A stretch of DNA of 64,000 nt from Flavobacterium sp. (GTDB lineage Bacteria; Bacteroidota; Bacteroidia; Flavobacteriales; Flavobacteriaceae): NCBI RefSeq assembly GCF_046073885.1, contig NZ_JBJTND010000021.1, forward strand, positions 14,869-78,868, written 5' to 3'. Each line of letters opens with the position of its first letter. The stretch's first letter is position 1. The position numbers were made by a program, and so were the translations under genes. Under the pieces are notes generated by a model. It ran no database searches and was not told the DNA's origin. It saw nothing but the letters and a program-made list of their open reading frames with translations. Shown here in pieces: positions 59,501 through 64,000 of this stretch.

Positions 59501-59799
59501 TGCTCATCGATTTTATTGAAATTCGATTGAACGATGGCATACCATTAAAACAAGCCATTATTGAAGCAGGAGCCGTTCGAACTACACCAATTTTACTTAC
59601 TACAGGAGCTGTAGTAATTGGAGCATCCATAATATTATTTGATCCAATATTTCAGGGATTGGCAATTTCATTAGTATTTGGAGCTATTGTTTCCACTGTA
59701 CTTACATTGTTAGTAGTGCCGATAATTTATTATGTTACCGAAAGAAAAAAGTGGGAAAATAACAACGATAATTCCCTAGATTCAGAATCTAAAAACTAA
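56572..59799 (+). CDS. RND efflux permease (AcrB/AcrD/AcrF superfamily)
   Basis: 1075 aa with 12 TM helices and two large periplasmic loops. VVDDSIIIAEN motif in TM4. Confidence 0.92.
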   Translation: MQEGISGKIAHFFINSKLTILLMVGLMIIGVYSSFLIPREEEPQINVPMADVMIGYPGASPSEVESRVVKPLEKILSNIKGVEHVHSMAMNGQAMLIVQFYVGQDVERSYVKLYDELAKHENMFPQGVYKPMVKTRSIDDVPMLGLTIWSEKLNDFEIRQIAEEVTSEVEKVKDVAITREIGGRNRQVKVVLDKDKMAENGVDALGIMQMIQANNGSSQSGSFVNNDKEYLVTTGQFLKSAEDIENLVVGVNANLPVYLKQVAKVEDGPSTPSSYVSFGYGKANEKFKTAKSEYPAVTISIGKVKGADAMKISEKILERVEHLKKTIITDDVHVEVTRNYGETASDKVGELLLHLGIAIIAVTFLVILAMGWRGGLVVFFSVPLTFALTLFAYYLLGYTLNRITLFALVFVVGIVVDDSIIIAENMHRHFKMKRLPFKQAAIYAINEVGNPTILATFTVIAAILPMAFVSGMMGPYMSPMPIGASIAMLLSLFVALTVTPYLGYHLLQEKEDQKHKEEQGLETNWVYKIYNKLERPLLESSKKRRILVGLTVVLLIGSVMMFFTKSVIVKMLPFDNKNEFQVVVDMPEGTTLERTAAVTQEIAQYLSTVPEVVNYQNYIGTSAPITFNGLVRHYDMRGGSNMADIQVNLLHKEERDMQSHGIAKEVRPQIQKIAKKYGANVKIIEVPPGPPVLSTLVAEIYGPDYKDQIKVANQVKTILETTSDIVDVDWMTEHNQTEYKLEVDKEKAMLNGIAPQQVVGNLTYLLKEYPISNLYDENSNDNVGIVLSLDDKDKTSLQDIQNLKIKGSRGNVVPVSDLVKVVKDTLQKTIYRKDQKRVVYVTADMAGALESPVYAILGMNEKLQKMHLPKGYKVNELYMDQPTDESDFTVKWDGEWQITLEVFRDLGLAFMIVIVIIYMLIVGWFQNFKTPMVMMMAIPLSLIGIVLGHWLLGAFFTATSFIGMIALAGVMVRNSVLLIDFIEIRLNDGIPLKQAIIEAGAVRTTPILLTTGAVVIGASIILFDPIFQGLAISLVFGAIVSTVLTLLVVPIIYYVTERKKWENNNDNSLDSESKN

Positions 59800-59804
59800 A
59801 AAAA

Positions 59805-60110
59805 ATGAAACTATTATTAATAACAGCAATAGCCGAATTTGGCAAAGAAGTAAAACAAATACTAAAAAATGCTCAAGTACAAAACTATTCTTTTCAAGAG
59901 GTAGTTGGATATAGAAATGCCACACAAGATGCTTTAAACAGTAATTGGTTTGGAACAGAAATGAATGAAAACGAATCCATTATGTTTTATGCATTTGTAG
60001 ATAAAGAAAATGTAGATTCAGTTTGCGATGCCGTTACAGAATTTAATTCAAAACAACAATCGCAATCTCATATCCATACAGTAATTTTAAATATTGAAAA
60101 ATCAAATTAA
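59805..60110 (+). CDS. Small hypothetical protein (possible PII-like beta-alpha-beta fold)
   Basis: 101 aa ORF 5 nt after the RND stop. The N-terminal pattern MKLLLITAIAEFGKEVKQIL suggests a ferredoxin/PII-like fold. The family is not confidently recognised. Confidence 0.45.
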   Translation: MKLLLITAIAEFGKEVKQILKNAQVQNYSFQEVVGYRNATQDALNSNWFGTEMNENESIMFYAFVDKENVDSVCDAVTEFNSKQQSQSHIHTVILNIEKSN

Positions 60111-60112
60111 TC

Positions 60113-60298
60113 ATGAAAAACAGAATCGTTAGAGCAGTTGCAGGAATTTTTATTTTAATAAGTTTAATCTTAGCTATTTATGTAAATCAAAATTGGCTTT
60201 GGTTTACGGCTTTTGTTGGTGCAAATTTATTCCAATCTTCAATAACCAAATGGTGTTTGATGGAAGATATTTTAACTAAATTTGGCATTAAAGACTAA
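60113..60298 (+). CDS. DUF2892 (YgaP-like) small membrane protein
   Basis: 61 aa with two TM helices. Conserved R..AG at the N-terminus and a W-C near the C-terminus, as in DUF2892 proteins. Confidence 0.6.
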   Translation: MKNRIVRAVAGIFILISLILAIYVNQNWLWFTAFVGANLFQSSITKWCLMEDILTKFGIKD

Positions 60299-60306
60299 AT
60301 AATAGT

Positions 60307-60903
60307 ATGAAAGATTTTTGGAACGAACGGTATGCCAACAAAGAGTATGCTTATGGTGTAAAGCCAAATGAATTTTATAAATCCGGATTGAATTTAGTGC
60401 CCAAAGGCAAACTACTTTTTGCTGCCGAAGGAGAAGGAAGAAATGCCGTTTATGCTGCCCAACAAGGATATGAAGTTTATGCACTAGACAATAGCATTGA
60501 GGCAAAAAACAAAGCCGAAAAATTGGCGGCTGATAACAATGTAAAAATAGATTATTTGGTTTCTGAATTGGAAAATTTAGATTACACAATTAATTCATTT
60601 GATGCTTTAGTTTTAGTTTTTGCACACTTTCCAGCATCAATTCGCAAACAATACCATGAAAAATTACTTTCATTTTTAAAGCCAAATGGGTTAGTAATTT
60701 TTGAAGCGTTTGCTAAAGAGCAATTAAATTATAATTCTGGAGGTCCAAAGCAAATAGAAATGTTATTCTCAGAGGAAGAAATTCATGATGAATTTCGAAA
60801 TATTTATTTCATTAAATTGGAAACGGTTGAAACCAATTTAGACGAAGGCCCTTATCATCAAGGAAACGGAAAAGTAGTTCATTTTATTGGGAAAAAATTT
60901 TAA
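60307..60903 (+). CDS. Class I SAM-dependent methyltransferase
   Basis: Motif I-like LLFAAEGEGRNAVYAA, a downstream acidic ALD and the LVLVFAH post-I region. 198 aa. Confidence 0.7.
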   Translation: MKDFWNERYANKEYAYGVKPNEFYKSGLNLVPKGKLLFAAEGEGRNAVYAAQQGYEVYALDNSIEAKNKAEKLAADNNVKIDYLVSELENLDYTINSFDALVLVFAHFPASIRKQYHEKLLSFLKPNGLVIFEAFAKEQLNYNSGGPKQIEMLFSEEEIHDEFRNIYFIKLETVETNLDEGPYHQGNGKVVHFIGKKF

Positions 60904-60909
60904 AGCCAC

Positions 60910-60933
60910 GGGTTCAACTTCCTCTTTCTCCGC
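60910..60933 (+). repeat. Third copy of the tRNA-Ser 3' end (right boundary of island B; likely the original tRNA 3' end)
   Basis: GGGTTCAACTTCCTCTTTCTCCGC, 6 bp after the methyltransferase stop codon. Shares CCTCTTTCTCCGC with the intact tRNA. Confidence 0.7.
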
Positions 60934-60940
60934 AACCAAA

Positions 60941-60962
60941 ACCCGAAACTAATGTTTCGGGT
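60941..60962 (+). terminator. Rho-independent terminator after the tRNA remnant (probable ancestral tRNA-Ser terminator)
   Basis: ACCCGAAAC-TAAT-GTTTCGGGT hairpin followed by a T6 run. Confidence 0.75.
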
Positions 60963-61372
60963 TTTTTTATGGGTATTATTAGCCCATATATTTAATCTTT
61001 TTTTAAATTATTGTTTGAGAAATTAAGGATTTGATCAATATTATAAAAAATAAATTCATTGCTTTTCTTCAAAATTGATATTTACATATTTTCTTAAAAA
61101 CTTGTAAGTTACTTCTTAAAATAGTTTTACTATCTTGCGAAACTTTTAATCGGCCCTTAAATCATGAAAAAAAATCAAGTAAAATATTGTTTATCAATTA
61201 GATAACTTATCAATTTGTAAAAAGCAAGATTCTCAATTTATGCAATAATTGAAAAGGAGTAAGTAAATGATATAAAGAATTTTGAACAATATCCCAAAAT
61301 CCACTTAATAATTTTTTTAAAATTTAAATACACACAAATCACACAACCCAAATCCAAATAAATTCTCAAAGA

Positions 61373-64000
61373 ATGAAATTAATATTGAAATTTTTTACCT
61401 TCTTTTTTTTACTTAGTTGTTACTCTACATACTCACAAGTTAGTGTTACTGCAACAACTGCAACCTTAGGACCAACTTCTTATACAACACTAAAAGCTGC
61501 TTTTGATGCCGTGAATGCGGGAACACACAAAGGTGTAATTACAATTGCTATTTCAGGTAATACAACCGAAACAGCAGCTGCAGTTTTAAATGCTAGTGGA
61601 AGCGGAAGTTCAAGTTACACCGCCATCAATATCTATCCAACTACTACAGGCTTATCGATATCTGGAAATCTTGCAACTCCATTAATAGATTTAAATGGTG
61701 CTGATAACGTAACCATTGATGGTCGTGTTAATGCAATGGGATCAACAACTGATTTATCAATTAGCAATTTGAGTTCATCTGCAACTGCCGGTACAAGTAC
61801 ATTGCGTTTCCTTAATGATGCCACAACCAATACAGTTAAATATTGCACAATTAGTGGAGCTTCTACAAGCGCGAGTAATGGAATACTATTTTTTAGTTCA
61901 ACTACTTTAACAACTGGTAATGACAACAATACCATTGATCATAATAATATTACTAATGCTGGAGGGAACCGACCTGCAAATGCTATTTTATCATTAGGTA
62001 CATCATTAAAGGAGAATAATGGAATTGTTTTTTCCAATAATAATATTTTTGATTTTTTTAATACAACGTTGGCTTCCAATGGAATCTTTCTTTCAACAAA
62101 TACTTCAGCATGTTCTATAACAGACAATAGTTTTTATGAAACTACAACTTTCAACACTACTGCAAGTAGTTATAAATGTGCAATAAATATTTCATCCACT
62201 GGTGGTGGTTTTGATGTAATTGGGAATTATATAGGAGGAAATACCAATTCCTGTGGTGGAACATTGACTAAAACAGGGAATGACAATATATTCTATGGTA
62301 TTTATCTATCAGTAAGTGCTACAACTGCTAGCAGCGTTCAAAATAATACAATTAAAAACATTGATTGGACAAATTCCTTATTTTCAAGTTGGTATGGTAT
62401 AAATATTATTAGTGGTACTGTCAATATTGGAACCGTAACCGGAAATACCATTTCTAATATTAATTACACTAATGGAACAAGTAATGGAAATTTCTATGGA
62501 AATTATATTAATACCAATAGTATCACTGATATTCAAAATAATACTATTACTGCTATCACCACAGCGAATTCATTGTCAACGAATAGTACTAATTTTTATG
62601 GTATTTTTAAAACTGGAACTGGAGCAACCAATATCAGTAATAATAGTATAGGAAGCCCAACGTTAGCGAATAGTATTTTGGCAAGTTCTACATCAACTTC
62701 TATTGTTCAATATGTTTTTGGAATTAATAATTCTGGAACAGAAGCAATAACAATTTCTGGGAATATAATCGCTAATCTTACAAATGGTACTGCAAATACC
62801 ACAACAAGTTCATCAGGTGGCTGCATAAACGGAATTAAGTCAACAGCAGGTACAAATACAATAACAGGAAACACTGTTCGAAATATTAATATAGCCAATC
62901 TAAATACGGCTGTTGATTCTACAGCCTCAGTAATAGGAATTAATTTTACTTCATCTGTTGCTGCAACTCAAACAATTTCTCAAAATACCGTATATAATAT
63001 AGCTAACACCAACTCGGTTTTTTCTGGTCCGGTAATTGGAATTTATTGTAGTGGACCTTCATTTGCAGGTGTCGCTAATAGAAATTTAATACACAGTTTA
63101 AATACAGTTTCCAATTCAAGCAAAATATGGGGAATTTATATAGTTGATGGGCAAATGCTTTTTTCAAACAATATAATCCGACTTGGATTAGATGAAAATG
63201 GAAACAGTTTGACTCAATCGTGTGAAATTGCAGGATTTTATTTAAATTCTTCATCTTCAACTAATTTTTCAAAACTACAGCATAACACAATATACATAGG
63301 TGGTACCAATGTTGTTACAACTACAACTAACTACACCTATGGTGTATTCAAAGCAAATAATGCTCCAGATACAATTTTCAATAATATCATTGTTAATCAG
63401 AGGCAAAGTACTTCGGCAGTTTTACGTCATTATTCTGTTAATTATGCAACTATTCCTGGCTACAGTGATAACAACATCTATTGGTATCAAGCGAGTCATG
63501 GTCAAATTGACAAAACATATGCCAACATACAAACTTTTAGAGCATATCAACAATCTAAATATAGCGATATGCAATCCATTATTGCAAATCCTGGATTTGT
63601 AGCACCTTCATTAAGCGCAAGTAGTATGAATCTTTCTATTGATCCTACATTTGCAGGGACACCTGTTGAGGGAGCGGGACAAGCATCGTTAGTAACTGAT
63701 GATTTTTCGGGGTCAATTCGAAGCTCTAACACTCCTGTAGATATTGGTGCATTCTCGGGAAATTATATTGGTTTAACATCTTCGAATGATGGTTTTTCTC
63801 CTTACATTAAATATACAGCAATAGGAACTATTGCACCTCAAAATACATTTGTATTAAACAACTTTGCAACAATAACCGATCAAATTAGTGGTGTGAATAC
63901 TACTTCAGGTACTAGTCCGAGATTGTATTACAAAGCAAGTACGCATACTTCAGCATTTGGTGCAAATAATAGTTCTTTTAATGGCTGGAAGTGGGTTGAA
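61373..64000 (+). CDS. Large secreted parallel beta-helix repeat surface protein (3' end beyond window)
   Basis: The ATG at 61373 gives MKLILKFFTFFFLLSCYSTYSQ (signal peptide). I translated the start of the ORF and 63002-63780 by hand and found no stop there. The frame is not listed in the ORF track, consistent with there being no stop before the window edge. T/S/N-rich with recurring NNTI/GN.I repeats. Confidence 0.75.
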   Translation, partial: MKLILKFFTFFFLLSCYSTYSQVSVTATTATLGPTSYTTLKAAFDAVNAGTHKGVITIAISGNTTETAAAVLNASGSGSSSYTAINIYPTTTGLSISGNLATPLIDLNGADNVTIDGRVNAMGSTTDLSISNLSSSATAGTSTLRFLNDATTNTVKYCTISGASTSASNGILFFSSTTLTTGNDNNTIDHNNITNAGGNRPANAILSLGTSLKENNGIVFSNNNIFDFFNTTLASNGIFLSTNTSACSITDNSFYETTTFNTTASSYKCAINISSTGGGFDVIGNYIGGNTNSCGGTLTKTGNDNIFYGIYLSVSATTASSVQNNTIKNIDWTNSLFSSWYGINIISGTVNIGTVTGNTISNINYTNGTSNGNFYGNYINTNSITDIQNNTITAITTANSLSTNSTNFYGIFKTGTGATNISNNSIGSPTLANSILASSTSTSIVQYVFGINNSGTEAITISGNIIANLTNGTANTTTSSSGGCINGIKSTAGTNTITGNTVRNINIANLNTAVDSTASVIGINFTSSVAATQTISQNTVYNIANTNSVFSGPVIGIYCSGPSFAGVANRNLIHSLNTVSNSSKIWGIYIVDGQMLFSNNIIRLGLDENGNSLTQSCEIAGFYLNSSSSTNFSKLQHNTIYIGGTNVVTTTTNYTYGVFKANNAPDTIFNNIIVNQRQSTSAVLRHYSVNYATIPGYSDNNIYWYQASHGQIDKTYANIQTFRAYQQSKYSDMQSIIANPGFVAPSLSASSMNLSIDPTFAGTPVEGAGQASLVTDDFSGSIRSSNTPVDIGAFSGNYIGLTSSNDGFSPYIKYTAIGTIAPQNTFVLNNFATITDQISGVNTTSGTSPRLYYKASTHTSAFGANNSSFNGWKWVE

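Larger units (their letters stand above)
50011..60933. mobile_element. Island B: ~10.9 kb integrase-less island (efflux cargo) between tRNA-core copies 2 and 3
   Basis: Bounded by the core copy at 50011-50022 and by GGGTTCAACTTCCTCTTTCTCCGC at 60910-60933. No recombinase or transfer genes lie inside. Confidence 0.6.

Noticed and set aside
50011-60933. Island B considered as an ICE, conjugative transposon or prophage
   Set aside because: It contains no relaxase, T4SS/tra, mobilisation, capsid or terminase genes and no recombinase. Only efflux and small accessory genes are present, so it is at most a decayed or satellite island.
61633-63732. Several minus-strand ORFs (61633-61935, 61939-62127, 62707-62898, 63075-63260, 63547-63732) and a plus-strand ORF at 63300-63602
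   Set aside because: All lie inside the long open frame beginning at 61373, in the parts I translated by hand. They are by-products of its repetitive, stop-poor composition.

Overview
AT-rich Bacteroidota chromosome segment that looks Flavobacteriaceae-like: gldF/gldG are present, promoters carry TAnnTTTG -7 boxes, and signal peptides are of the LSC/SQ type. Bases 1-46.4 kb are densely packed housekeeping genes. They include dnaX (5' partial), ppk1-ppx, pdxH, phoH, gldFG, an M1 peptidase, clpB, fahA, glyA, a fused 2-oxoacid dehydrogenase E1, and the ftsK-lolA-lptF/G-ribBA string. They also include a thiol-redox/ars-like cluster (tpx, arsR, arsC, trx, prx), kdsB, a ClC channel, and a translationally coupled N-glycan-core degradation operon (GH20, glycosylasparaginase, cutC, GH2 beta-mannosidase). 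The accessory part starts at tRNA-Ser(TGA), 46569-46653. The tRNA 3' end occurs three times (46.64, 50.01 and 60.92 kb), delimiting two tandem integrated islands. Island A (~3.4 kb) carries only a tyrosine integrase and a tripartite HipB/HipS/HipT-like toxin-antitoxin operon with a phased operator array. Island B (~10.9 kb) has no integrase but keeps a ~220 bp copy of island A's integrase-proximal arm. Its cargo is TetR plus a MacAB-like split ABC exporter, then TolC plus an RND pump and three small genes. A large beta-helix surface protein runs off the right edge. The other strongest sequence-level observation is an A10 tract in dnaX, at the domain III/linker boundary, with stop codons immediately downstream in both alternative frames; this is a candidate gamma-subunit recoding site. 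No CRISPR array, IS element, rRNA or recognisable dedicated phage-defence operon other than the Hip module was seen. I cannot show that any system here is truly undescribed. All family calls come from motif and sequence recognition by eye, not from searches.
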